A stretch of DNA of 64,000 bases from Luteolibacter sp. (GTDB taxonomy: Bacteria; Verrucomicrobiota; Verrucomicrobiia; Verrucomicrobiales; Akkermansiaceae), in contig JASGGK010000004.1 in the NCBI GenBank assembly GCA_047605125.1, forward strand, positions 163,199-227,198. Direction: 5' to 3'. The notes beneath the pieces are model-generated. The model searched no databases. It was not told where the DNA came from and saw only the letters and a program-made list of their open reading frames with translations. The translations under genes and the position numbers were made by a program. Positions 43,948-53,049 of this stretch are shown here, piece after piece; within the stretch, counting starts at the first letter, position 1; each line of letters starts with the position of its first letter.

Positions 43948-46200
43948 CTAGGCTGGAGTTGAGTCGTCTGGCAAGGGGGGAAGCGCGGGATTTTCCTCGG
44001 GCACGGCGGCTTTGAGGGTGATGGTGGCGACAGCTCCGCCGCCATCGCGGTTTTCGAGAGTGAGGGTGCCGTGGTGGAGTTCGATGATTTTGCGGGAAAC
44101 GGCGAGGCCGAGGCCGGTGCCGGTGCCGGTGGCCTTGGTGGTGAAGAAGGGGTCGAAGAGTTTCTTCCGGTTTTCTTCGGTGATTCCGGAGCCGCGATCC
44201 ATGACCTCGATGCGCACGACGTGATCGCCCTCGCGAAGGTGGCTGGCGGTGCGGAGGCCTTCGTCGCGGCGGATGCCGCTGAGAATCTCGGCGCTGGTGC
44301 GGATTTTCAAGTCTCCTCCTTCGGGCATGGCGTGCATGGCGTTGATCATGAGGTTGACGAGAACCTGCTCCATTTTGGTGGAGTCCACGTGGACGGGCGG
44401 CGGATTTTCCGCGAGCTCGAGCTCGACGTTCACGCCGCCTTTGCGGAGGGGATACTCGGTGAGGGCAAGGGAGTCTTTGACGACTTCGTTGATGTTTCCG
44501 GTTTCCGCGGTGAGCTGGCGGGCGGAGGAGTAATCGACGAGGCCCTTGATGATTTTTTTCGCACGGTCGATGCCGCGTTTCATCCGGTCCACGGTTTCCT
44601 GGCCTTTTTCGTCGGATTCGGGAATGCGGCGGGCGAGGACTTCGAGGCCCATGCCGATCATGGCGAGCGGGTTTTTCACTTCGTGGGCGACGCCTGCGGC
44701 GAGGCGGCCGATGGATTCCATTTTTTCGGCATGAATAAGTTGTTCCTGGGCGCTCTTGAGGGATTGGTTCGCCTGGTAGAGTTCTTCGTTGAGGGTCTGC
44801 ATGGCTTCTTCTGCTTCGCGCCGGTCCGTGATGTCGGTGGAGATGCCGCCGACGGCGATGACTTTCCCCTGGAGGTCGCGGATCGGGAAACGCATGGCGA
44901 CGTAGGTGCGGAGCTGGCCGTCGACGATCAGTTCCTCGTCCATCTGGATGGCTTCTTCGCGCTCGATGACGGTGAGGTCGTGCTCGCGGAATTTCTCGGC
45001 GGCGTTTTGATCGGCGATGAATTCGCTGTCGGTGCGGCCGAGAATGTCGGCGCGCTTGAGTTCGAAAAGGTGCTCGAAGCCCAGATTGACCATGAGGTAT
45101 TTGCCTTCGAGGTCTTTGAGGTAAATGACGGCGGGGCTGTTATCGATGACGTCCTGCATGCGGCGCTCGCTTTGGAGCAGTTTTTCGCGGGCGCGGCGTT
45201 GCTCGGTGACGTCGCGGATCATGGCGACGATGCCCCAGCGGTGGCCTTCGGCATCGAGAAGCGGGACCTTGGTGGTCATGAACTCGCGGACTTCGCCGGT
45301 GACGGGGGAGGTGAGGTGGTTGTCCCAATAAATGACGGGTTCGCCGGTTTCGAGGACGTGGTGGTCTTCCGCCGCGCTTTTGGCGGAGAGTTCTTCGCCG
45401 AAGTATTCTTCCGGGAGCTTGTTGAGCATTTCATCCGGTGATTTGGCGCCGACCCATTCCGCCATCGCCTTGTTGACGATCATGTAACGGCGCTGGCTGT
45501 CCCGGACGAAGATCTGATCGGGGAAGCTGTCGATCATGCAGCGGAATATGTAGCGTTCGCGTTCGAGTGCTTGCTGGGTTTCGACGAGGTCGGTGATGAC
45601 GCTGGACATGCCGAAGGTGCCGATGATGTTTCCGGATTTGTCCCGGAAGGGCATTTTGGTGGTGAGCACCCAGCCGATCTTGCCGTCGGGGAAGACTTCT
45701 TTTTCAACGAGGTCGGTGATGGATTTTCCGTTTTTCAGGATGTCCTGTTCGTCGGCGAGGGTTTGATCGGCATGTTCTTTATCGAAGAAATCGTGATCGG
45801 TCTTTCCGTGGAGATCCGCCGGGTGGCTGCAGCGGAGATGTTCCGCCATGCTTTGGTTTACCTGGATGAAGCGGGAGTTTTGGTCCTTGAAGTAAATCTT
45901 CGCGGCGAGGTGCTCCATCAGGGTGTCGTAGTAATGTTTGAGGGTGGCGTGGCGTTCCTCGATTTCGTGGATTTTTTCCTGAAGTTGTTTGTTTTGGGAG
46001 AGGATCCCTCCGGCGAAGGCCTGCGAAGTTTCATCCGGGTTTGCCGGACGGTGGCCGATTTTCGCCAGGCCGATCCCCGTGAGGAATACGATGGCGGCGG
46101 CGGCGATTTTTTCCGGGCGCGGTGCGTCCGTGGCTGCGAGCCATGAAAGGATCAGCACTCCGATGATGCCGATGATGACCCGGTGGAATCTCGAGTTCAT
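43948..46200 (-). CDS. Membrane-anchored multi-PAS sensor histidine kinase
   Basis: Three PAS/PAC repeats; AHEVKNPL, NLMINAMHA, DRGSG, FFTTK, GTGLGL. Confidence 0.95.
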   Translation of the reverse strand: MNSRFHRVIIGIIGVLILSWLAATDAPRPEKIAAAAIVFLTGIGLAKIGHRPANPDETSQAFAGGILSQNKQLQEKIHEIEERHATLKHYYDTLMEHLAAKIYFKDQNSRFIQVNQSMAEHLRCSHPADLHGKTDHDFFDKEHADQTLADEQDILKNGKSITDLVEKEVFPDGKIGWVLTTKMPFRDKSGNIIGTFGMSSVITDLVETQQALERERYIFRCMIDSFPDQIFVRDSQRRYMIVNKAMAEWVGAKSPDEMLNKLPEEYFGEELSAKSAAEDHHVLETGEPVIYWDNHLTSPVTGEVREFMTTKVPLLDAEGHRWGIVAMIRDVTEQRRAREKLLQSERRMQDVIDNSPAVIYLKDLEGKYLMVNLGFEHLFELKRADILGRTDSEFIADQNAAEKFREHDLTVIEREEAIQMDEELIVDGQLRTYVAMRFPIRDLQGKVIAVGGISTDITDRREAEEAMQTLNEELYQANQSLKSAQEQLIHAEKMESIGRLAAGVAHEVKNPLAMIGMGLEVLARRIPESDEKGQETVDRMKRGIDRAKKIIKGLVDYSSARQLTAETGNINEVVKDSLALTEYPLRKGGVNVELELAENPPPVHVDSTKMEQVLVNLMINAMHAMPEGGDLKIRTSAEILSGIRRDEGLRTASHLREGDHVVRIEVMDRGSGITEENRKKLFDPFFTTKATGTGTGLGLAVSRKIIELHHGTLTLENRDGGGAVATITLKAAVPEENPALPPLPDDSTPA

Positions 46201-46335
46201 GTCGCTGGAAATGGGGTTTTCAGGAAAACATTGCGAAAGCGTTTTCCTGTCACTCCCTATCAAAGCGACGGAAATGGCGGGTGTAAATAGAGAAAGAAGA
46301 AGAGGATGGGGCTTCCTCGTTTTTCAGCGTGCCGA

Positions 46336-46663
46336 TTTTATCGCCAAGCCGCGAAAGCTCGCAAAGGAACGCGAAGCTTTGGGAAATGGTGTTTTGGATT
46401 TGAGTGAAACGCGGAGCGCCGACGTCCACGTCGGCTCTTTTTTGGGAGAGAGGGCTCCTGAAAACCAGCCTCCCCGGAGCCGGTGAGGACACCGGCGCTC
46501 CATGGCGCGGAAACTCTCAATTCTCAACCATCAACTCTCTGCAAAGCTTCGCGTTCCTGAAGGTGGACTCTATCCGCAAGGCCCGCAGAATATCGGCGAA
46601 GCCAAGCGGACTGAAGTCCGCGCTCCAATTACAGCCGACGTGAACGTCGGCACTCCGCGTTTC
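46336..46663. repeat. Composite cluster of REP-like palindromes, nonamer and heptamer arrays
   Basis: IR pairs 46365-46381/46542-46558 (17/17) and 46406-46436/46633-46663 (29/31); REP A at 46479, REP at 46606, ctctcaa array at 46514. Confidence 0.85.
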
Positions 46664-46690
46664 GCTGGATCTTCTCTTGGGGTAAATTCA

Positions 46691-47482
46691 TCAGAGCGGC
46701 CGCGCGTAGGTGTTGCAGCGGTTGTGCCAGCCTTCGAGCCAGCGTTTTTCGCCACGGGCGGGCGGGGAATTCGCCACCCGGCGGGAAAGCACGCGTTTGG
46801 CGGCGGCGGCGAATTCCGCGGCGGCGGGCGCTCCGGCGGGGACGTCTTTCATTTCACCGAGCACCTGCATGAGACCCCAGCCGCGGCCTTGGTAGCGTTC
46901 GCCGGGGTTGGTGCCTTCGCCTTTGAAATTCACGTAGTCGATCAACGCGTAGGTGCCGCCCGCCGTGGCGGCGACTTTGTGATAGTTCGCCGCGATGCGC
47001 TTGCTCTCCGATGCCGGAGCGGCGGCGGTGATTTTATCCAACGCCGCGCGGGAACGGGCGATGATGAAATCGGTCTGCACGGTGACGTTTCCGGCGAGCC
47101 ACTGGCGCAGAGCGGTCATTTGCGGACTTTTGAAATCGCGCTGGAATTCCGCTTTCGAGTTCCACGGGCTGTGGCGCTGTTGGGCGATGGCGGGTGGGTT
47201 CAGCCCTTGTTTTTTGGCGAAAACGACAAACGACGGCCAGCTTTCCTCGAACGGTCCGCGAAAGCCCGCAGGATACCAGATGAAGTGCCCGATGCCGAGC
47301 GAGGGGAATTCCTCGCCGCCATTCCAGGACGTGAGTCCGGCGACGGAGCCGGCGCACTCGTTTTGCCAGATTTTCCTGCCGATGGCGTTTTTCTGGCCGG
47401 CGCTGAGGTTGGCGGCGGTCGCGCTGGAAACGAGCAACGAGCCGGCGATGAAAATCCGGGAGAGGAAACGCAAGGTTTGCAT
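46691..47482 (-). CDS. Conserved exported hypothetical protein, possible lysozyme-like fold
   Basis: Signal peptide; WQNE...SLGIGHF; ALIDYVNFKGEG; GWHNR. Confidence 0.75.
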   Translation of the reverse strand: MQTLRFLSRIFIAGSLLVSSATAANLSAGQKNAIGRKIWQNECAGSVAGLTSWNGGEEFPSLGIGHFIWYPAGFRGPFEESWPSFVVFAKKQGLNPPAIAQQRHSPWNSKAEFQRDFKSPQMTALRQWLAGNVTVQTDFIIARSRAALDKITAAAPASESKRIAANYHKVAATAGGTYALIDYVNFKGEGTNPGERYQGRGWGLMQVLGEMKDVPAGAPAAAEFAAAAKRVLSRRVANSPPARGEKRWLEGWHNRCNTYARPL

Positions 47483-47562
47483 GGAGCCAGCCTATGCCGG
47501 GGCCGGGGGATTCCGCAAGCTTCGCGACTCGACATCCTGCAAGGTTCCGGTCAAATTCCGGC

Positions 47563-47952
47563 ATGTCCTCGTGGTCGAAAATCCTCAGTGTTACTCCGCT
47601 GGATTTGGTCAAGGTGCTCGTCACGGCGGTGATCATTCTGTTCGTGAATAAAATCCAGCTCGTGAACGACCGGCTTTCCGCCCTGCTGATCGCGCTGCCG
47701 TTCACCTCGCTGATCGCGATGGTCTGGATGTGGCACGCCGGGCAGAGCAACGAGCGCCTGGCGAATCACTCGGAAGGCACGTTCTGGTTCGTGCTGCCGA
47801 CGCTGCCGATGTTTCTCATCCTGCCGTGGATGCTGCGCAACGGCTGGAATTTCTGGTCCGCGCTGCTGGCGAACGCGGTGATCACCGTCGCGCTGTTCTG
47901 GCTGACGGTGTTCGTTTTACGCCGCTTCGGGATCGATCTGATGCCGAAATAA
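47563..47952 (+). CDS. DUF3147-like membrane protein
   Basis: ALLIALPFTSL...TFWFVLPTLPMFL. Confidence 0.75.
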   Translation: MSSWSKILSVTPLDLVKVLVTAVIILFVNKIQLVNDRLSALLIALPFTSLIAMVWMWHAGQSNERLANHSEGTFWFVLPTLPMFLILPWMLRNGWNFWSALLANAVITVALFWLTVFVLRRFGIDLMPK

Positions 47953-48147
47953 TCGGAAAATCCCGGCGTTCGATGGAGATTGGACTTGTCAGAGGTTGAA
48001 ATCCCTGCTTTCACCACCAGCCCGGCATCAACCCCGGAACCATCCGCCACCACTACCGCTTTGAGCGAAAAAGTCCCGTCATCCCTGCCCGACAACGTTG
48101 TTCCGTTCGAGCAAACGCGGCCTCTTTCGCGCTTTCCCGGCTCTCCT

Positions 48148-48351
48148 ATGAAAAGTGATCTTGTCGAAAAAGCTTCTGAAATCGTCTCCGACCCGCTCGT
48201 TTTGATCAATCTGGTTTCGCAACGCGTGCGTCAGCTCAACAGCGGCCGCTCGCCTCTTATTCCAACCCGCCCGAGCCTGGGTGTGGCGGACATCGCCCTG
48301 CTGGAAATCATCGAGGGCAAGATCAAGCTCATCCCTCAGGAAGCCCCTTGA
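48148..48351 (+). CDS. rpoZ: RNA polymerase omega subunit
   Basis: LINLVSQRVRQL...IALLEIIEGKI; start MKSDL at 48148. Confidence 0.88.
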   Translation: MKSDLVEKASEIVSDPLVLINLVSQRVRQLNSGRSPLIPTRPSLGVADIALLEIIEGKIKLIPQEAP

Positions 48352-48380
48352 TCGGGAGTGATTCCGAGCGATTCTAGTCC

Positions 48381-48839
48381 ATGAGCAAGGAAATCGCGAC
48401 CAACCGCAAGGCAGGCCGGGATTTCACGATTCTGGACAAATACGAAGCGGGGCTGGAGCTGAAAGGCACGGAGGTGAAGTCCATCCGTGCCGGGAAGATC
48501 AATATTTCCGACGCCTACGCCCGCGTGGAGAAAAACCAGGTGTTTCTCTACGGCTGCGATATCCAGCCGTGGCAAACGGCGGGTGAGTGGTTCAACCACA
48601 TGGCCAAGCGGCCGCGCCGGCTTTTGCTGCACAAGCGGGAAATCCTGAAGCTGGCATCCGCCACCGCGATCAAAGGCTGCTCGCTGCCGTTGTTGCGGAT
48701 TTATTGGAAAGACCGCCGCGTGAAGGTGGAAATCGGCGTCGGCAAGGGCAAGACCCATACGGACCAGCGCCATGATTTGAAAAAGCAGGTGGAACTCCGC
48801 GAGGCCCAGCGCGAGATGGCGCGGTTCAATCAGCGGTAG
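48381..48839 (+). CDS. smpB: SsrA-binding protein
   Basis: NRKA, EAGLELKGTEVKSIR, RRLLLHKREI, GKGK. Confidence 0.97.
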   Translation: MSKEIATNRKAGRDFTILDKYEAGLELKGTEVKSIRAGKINISDAYARVEKNQVFLYGCDIQPWQTAGEWFNHMAKRPRRLLLHKREILKLASATAIKGCSLPLLRIYWKDRRVKVEIGVGKGKTHTDQRHDLKKQVELREAQREMARFNQR

Positions 48840-48922
48840 GAGCCACGACACTTCTGTCGTGGAGCTTTTGGACCGCAGCAGGCTGCGGATTTCCAAAGCG
48901 GCAGCAGGCTTCCGCAGTCCAA
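48839..48922. repeat. Inward-facing REP-like palindromes between convergent smpB and ompA
   Basis: ggagccacgacacttctgtcgtgg (family B) overlaps the smpB TAG; minus strand ggactgcggaagcctgctgccgc at 48898-48920. Confidence 0.7.
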
Positions 48923-48928
48923 GGGAAG

Positions 48929-50236
48929 TTATTCCTCGTCGAGAATCACCGGGGCGGCGCGTGGGACAATCGGTGTTTCTTCCTGTACGGGTGCGGCTTT
49001 CGGCGGGTCCGGTTGCTGGATTTCTTCCACCGGGAGCGCGCGCTTGGGCTTGACGAGGATCGCCTTGGGTGCGGCGGGTTCTGGCTGGGTTTCTTCGACA
49101 ATGGCAGGTTTTGGCGGTGTTTCCTCCACGGGTTTTGCCTTGGCGGGTACTGGTTCGGGTTTTGGCTCCGGCGCGGAAGGTGGCGGGGTGGTTTTCGGCG
49201 CGTCCGCCGTGGTCGGCGGAGTTTTGCGCATGCGGATTTCCACGCGGCGGTTCGGCGCCTGCTCGTCCTTGGTGCCGGATGGGATGATGGGATTGGCGCG
49301 GCCGTAGCCCCGGGTGATGATTTTATCCGCAGGCATCCGCAGGGATTTCACGAGGTAGGTTTTCACCGCGTCGGCCCGTTTTTGGGAAAGCTGGCGGTTG
49401 AATTCATCGCCGCCGACGAGGTCGGTGTAGCCTTCGATCCAGCAATAGAGGCCGGGGTTCCGGTCGATGAGCAGGGCGAGCTTCATCAGGCCGACTTTCG
49501 CGCTTTCGCGCATTTCGGCGCTGTTGAACTCGAACAGCAAATCGCTGGGCAACAGGGTTTTCTTGCTGAGCAGGGTGTTCGGAGGGAGGGAAATCAGTTC
49601 ATCGAGCGAGGCGAGGCCATCGAGCGTGCCGTTGGCGACCTTGCCGTTCGCGCCTTTTTTGATGAGATCTTCGGTGAATTTACCGAGCTTGCTGTCATCG
49701 ACTTGCGGGCTGCCGGGATCGACGATCACCTGGCCGACAGCGGCGGGGGTGAGGTGGGTTTCGATACGGCCGAGATCCGGCATGTTGAGATCCAGATCGT
49801 TGGAGGAAACCTCCATCGCCACAGCCTGCGGGTCACCGGATGCGGCCGGGTTTTGCATTTTCAGGGCATACTCGGGCAGATCGGCTGCGGGCTTGATGTC
49901 GAGTTCCTGATCTTTCGGGAGTTTGTCGAGGAGATCGACTTCTTCCATCAGCGTGGAACTGGATGGCGGAGGTGGAATGACGTCATCCGGCGGCTGGATT
50001 TCCTGTGGTGCCGGATCGGATTCGGTCGGGCGGATGCTGACCTGCTCGGTGGTGATTTCCCCGGCGTCGCGGACTTTCAGGCCGAAATCGAGCTTATCGA
50101 GGGTGAAGTAAATGATGACGTGGAGCAGGATGGAAAGCACCATGGCCACGGCGGCCCACCTGCCCAGATGTTGGTTTCCGGGCAGCCGGTAGCTGCTTTT
50201 GGCACTGGTCGTGCTCCACGTGAGTCGGTCTGCCAC
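48929..50236 (-). CDS. OmpA-family peptidoglycan-binding protein with N-terminal TM and Pro-rich linkers
   Basis: LLFEFNS, IEGYTD, LSQKRADAVK, NRRVEI; GTG start uncertain. Confidence 0.88.
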   Translation of the reverse strand: MADRLTWSTTSAKSSYRLPGNQHLGRWAAVAMVLSILLHVIIYFTLDKLDFGLKVRDAGEITTEQVSIRPTESDPAPQEIQPPDDVIPPPPSSSTLMEEVDLLDKLPKDQELDIKPAADLPEYALKMQNPAASGDPQAVAMEVSSNDLDLNMPDLGRIETHLTPAAVGQVIVDPGSPQVDDSKLGKFTEDLIKKGANGKVANGTLDGLASLDELISLPPNTLLSKKTLLPSDLLFEFNSAEMRESAKVGLMKLALLIDRNPGLYCWIEGYTDLVGGDEFNRQLSQKRADAVKTYLVKSLRMPADKIITRGYGRANPIIPSGTKDEQAPNRRVEIRMRKTPPTTADAPKTTPPPSAPEPKPEPVPAKAKPVEETPPKPAIVEETQPEPAAPKAILVKPKRALPVEEIQQPDPPKAAPVQEETPIVPRAAPVILDEE

Positions 50237-50357
50237 GCCGGGACTATAGCTTGTAGATTCTGACTGGCAATATCGGGAACGAGGCACTAGTTTGTGCGTC
50301 TGCATTTGATATGGCCCGAGGGGGCAAGTGCTTAAATTTCATCTGATTTACATTCCT

Positions 50358-50708
50358 ATGGCTGCGAAAAAGACTGCGAAAAAGGAAGCCGCTCCGACGG
50401 CGAAGAAGGCTGCGGTGAAGAAGACTTCTGCTGAGAAAAAGCCAGCGGCGGAGGCCAAGCCTGCTGCCAAGAAAGCGGCTGCGAAAAAATCTCCCGCCAG
50501 GAAGGCTGCGACGAAAGCCGCTACCAAGACTGAGGCGAGACCGGTGGCCGAGAAAAAGGCGGGTCGTATTTCTCCGGATATTTTGGCCCGCGCGGCTTAT
50601 TTGAACTACCGCCGCAGGGTGGAAAACAGCCTGCCGGGTGATGCGAATGGAGATTGGCTGGAAGCCGAGCGCCGTTTGCAGGAGGTGACCAAGACGGAGC
50701 AGGCTTGA
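50358..50708 (+). CDS. Lys/Ala-rich histone-H1-like protein with DUF2934-like C-terminus
   Basis: AKKAA/PAAKK repeats, then ARAAYL...GDWLEAERRL. Confidence 0.8.
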   Translation: MAAKKTAKKEAAPTAKKAAVKKTSAEKKPAAEAKPAAKKAAAKKSPARKAATKAATKTEARPVAEKKAGRISPDILARAAYLNYRRRVENSLPGDANGDWLEAERRLQEVTKTEQA

Positions 50709-50718
50709 GAAGATTGCC

Positions 50719-50876
50719 AACCGCAGATGAACAGGATGAACGCAGATTAAAGAGATTGAGTAAGAGGACGACGTCGCTGAGGCAAATCCCCTCTTCAATC
50801 TGCGTTCTTAACGTTTATTTGACTCGTTATTTTAAATTTCGAGTTCGTCCATGTCCGCTTCGCTCCCATTGCGGTT
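50719..50876. repeat. Nonamer-array inverted repeat element
   Basis: aaccgcagatg aacaggatg aacgcagatt ... aatctgcgttc ... tgcggtt. Confidence 0.65.
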
Positions 50877-50949
50877 CAATTTCTTTCTCTGTTTTTAGAG
50901 GGAGTTTTGGCAGGTGGAGGAGCCGAGCTGGGGCTCGGCGCTCCCAAGA

Positions 50950-51213
50950 TTATTCCGGAAGCTTTTCCAGGATTTTATCGACTTCTTCCACTCGCTCCCA
51001 CGGGAGGCGTTTGCGCTGGTATTTTTTCCAGACGAGATCGCGGACTTCGGTCCAGATTTCCCGGCCGGGTTGCTCGACGATGTCCCATTTGGGATCCCGT
51101 TTCTGCAGGGTGGTGAGAACGGTCCAGCGGCCGCCTTCCCGGCCGCCCTGGTAGTTCACGCGGTAGTAGCGTTTTCCTTCTTCGGTGTTTTCGTTCCATT
51201 CATGACTTTCCAT
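50950..51213 (-). CDS. Conserved small hypothetical protein
   Basis: 87-aa ORF MESHEW...KYQRKRLPW, Trp-rich, normal codon usage. Confidence 0.7.
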   Translation of the reverse strand: MESHEWNENTEEGKRYYRVNYQGGREGGRWTVLTTLQKRDPKWDIVEQPGREIWTEVRDLVWKKYQRKRLPWERVEEVDKILEKLPE

Positions 51214-51314
51214 GGCGGGATTAGACAGAAGATCCGGAGCCGGAAGACAGCAGAAAAATCCGGGAAATTCATTCGCGGCTTTGAATCCGGGGAGCGGATG
51301 ATAGATTGCCGGGC

Positions 51315-52331
51315 GTGCGCGATGTTCTGAAAGTCTGGCTTTACGCGGCTGTATCCATCGTGACGGGCGCGTGGGTGGCACCGGTATTTTATAATGCCGG
51401 GAAGGCTTTGGCGGAGGTGTGTGCGGCGAAATCCACGAACGGTGTGGTGGATACGGTGGCGAATGTGTGCCGGGCGATGCGGTTCGGGAATTTTTACGAA
51501 CTCTCGGTTGTTGGGATGGCGGTGTTCTGGTTCATGCCGTTCGTGGAGCTTTTGCGGTTGGGTTCGGACGAGAAATTCAGAAGCCGGCCGTGGCGGGTGT
51601 GTCTGCCGGATTCGGCGATTCCGAAATGGGAGGGGCAACGGCTGCGGAGGGGATTGTCCGGGATGGTTCTGGGAGTGGCGGGTTTCCTGTTGATGACCGG
51701 TTTTTTTGTGGTGCTGGGTTTTGGTTTGCTGAAAGCGGGTTCGTTCGGTTGGGCGCCACCGGCATCGCGGGGTTGGCAAGTGGTGGGCTGGATGCTGGTG
51801 GCGGCGTTGTTTTTGGCGGTGTTGAAAGAGCTGTTGTTCCGCGGGATCGCTCTGGGGATTTTCATGCGGGCGATGCCACCGGTGTTGGCGATTGTGCTTT
51901 CGGCGCTGTTGTTTGCGGCGGTGCATTTTCTCCTGCCGATCGCGGGGGTGACGGTGGCGGATCCGGATGTGAAGCGGGTGGGGTTTGAGCTTTTGGGGAA
52001 ACTGGCGATGAGATTCGGGGATTGGCAGGCGCTGCTGGCGGATTTTTCCGTGCTTTTCGCGGTGGGTGTGTTGCTCGGTTACGCCCGGTGGCGGACGGCA
52101 TCACTGTGGCTGCCGGTGGGTTTGCAAACGGGCTGGATTTTCGCCGAATGGATGTTCGGGAGCTTTACGGTGATGGTGGAGAGGCGGGATTCGGTGGCGC
52201 GGGTGCTTTCCGGGGAATCGATCCAGCAAGGGGTGATACCGCTGGTGGGAGTGACGGTGATCGGGCTGTTGATCTACGTTTTTACCAATCTGGAGTCTCC
52301 CGAAAATGAGAAAGCCGCGGAGGATGTTTGA
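51315..52331 (+). CDS. CPBP/Abi intramembrane protease homolog with degenerate active site
   Basis: KELLFRG (normally EExxFRG), FAAVH, GLQTGW (normally HxxW/N). Confidence 0.85.
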   Translation: MRDVLKVWLYAAVSIVTGAWVAPVFYNAGKALAEVCAAKSTNGVVDTVANVCRAMRFGNFYELSVVGMAVFWFMPFVELLRLGSDEKFRSRPWRVCLPDSAIPKWEGQRLRRGLSGMVLGVAGFLLMTGFFVVLGFGLLKAGSFGWAPPASRGWQVVGWMLVAALFLAVLKELLFRGIALGIFMRAMPPVLAIVLSALLFAAVHFLLPIAGVTVADPDVKRVGFELLGKLAMRFGDWQALLADFSVLFAVGVLLGYARWRTASLWLPVGLQTGWIFAEWMFGSFTVMVERRDSVARVLSGESIQQGVIPLVGVTVIGLLIYVFTNLESPENEKAAEDV

Positions 52332-53049
52332 GCGGTTGTTGGATTGGATTTATCCGCCTTTTTGCGCGTTGTGCGAAACGCCGCTGCGCGAGGGGAAGGT
52401 GCTTTGCGGGGATTGTGCCGATGGTTTCCTGAAACTGAAGGCACCGTTTTGCAAGGTGTGCGGGGAGGGGTTTGAGGGTGCGATCGATGGAACCTTCGCA
52501 TGCCCGAACTGCGAGGGGCGGAGGTTTGGTTTCGCGTTCGCGCGGCCTGCGTTTTTCCGGAGCGAGCCGTTGCTGGGGTTGATCCACCGCTTGAAATACG
52601 GACGGGAAATCCATTTGGCGCGGGGCTTGGGCGAACTGGCCTGTGAAGCTTTCGTGGATGAGCGGTTGCGTGAAGCGAGGGAAGAACGCTGGCCCTTGGT
52701 GCCCGTGCCGCTGCACCGGCGGCGGTTTCAGGAACGGTATTTCAACCAAGCGGAGGAAATCGCACGGGTGATGGCGCGGACGATGGAAGTGGAATTGCTG
52801 CCTGCGCTGCGCAGAGTGCGTTTCACGAAAACCCAGACGTTGCTGACGCGGGCGGAGCGGTTGGAAAATTTGAAGAAGGCTTTCGAAATCAGCGGTGCGG
52901 GGAAACGCTGGCTGGCAACGGAAAATCGGCGGGGCGTGGTCCTGGTGGATGATGTTTTCACCACCGGATCGACCGTGAACGCCTGTGCGAAGGCCCTGCG
53001 GCGCGGTGGTTTCCGGAAGGTCGTGGTGGTTACCGTGATGCGCGGTTGA
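52324..53049 (+). CDS. comF: ComF family (double zinc ribbon + PRTase) protein
   Basis: Four CxxC pairs, VPVPLH, RYFNQAE, LVDDVFTTGST. Confidence 0.92.
   Translation: MFERLLDWIYPPFCALCETPLREGKVLCGDCADGFLKLKAPFCKVCGEGFEGAIDGTFACPNCEGRRFGFAFARPAFFRSEPLLGLIHRLKYGREIHLARGLGELACEAFVDERLREAREERWPLVPVPLHRRRFQERYFNQAEEIARVMARTMEVELLPALRRVRFTKTQTLLTRAERLENLKKAFEISGAGKRWLATENRRGVVLVDDVFTTGSTVNACAKALRRGGFRKVVVVTVMRG

Noticed and set aside
46250-46755. Small ORFs across the repeat cluster
   Set aside because: They are translations of palindromic repeats with no independent coding evidence
51315-53049. Strong G/T richness of the + strand
   Set aside because: Consistent with replication-strand skew plus hydrophobic codons; similar skew appears at 1-6 kb and 43.5-46 kb
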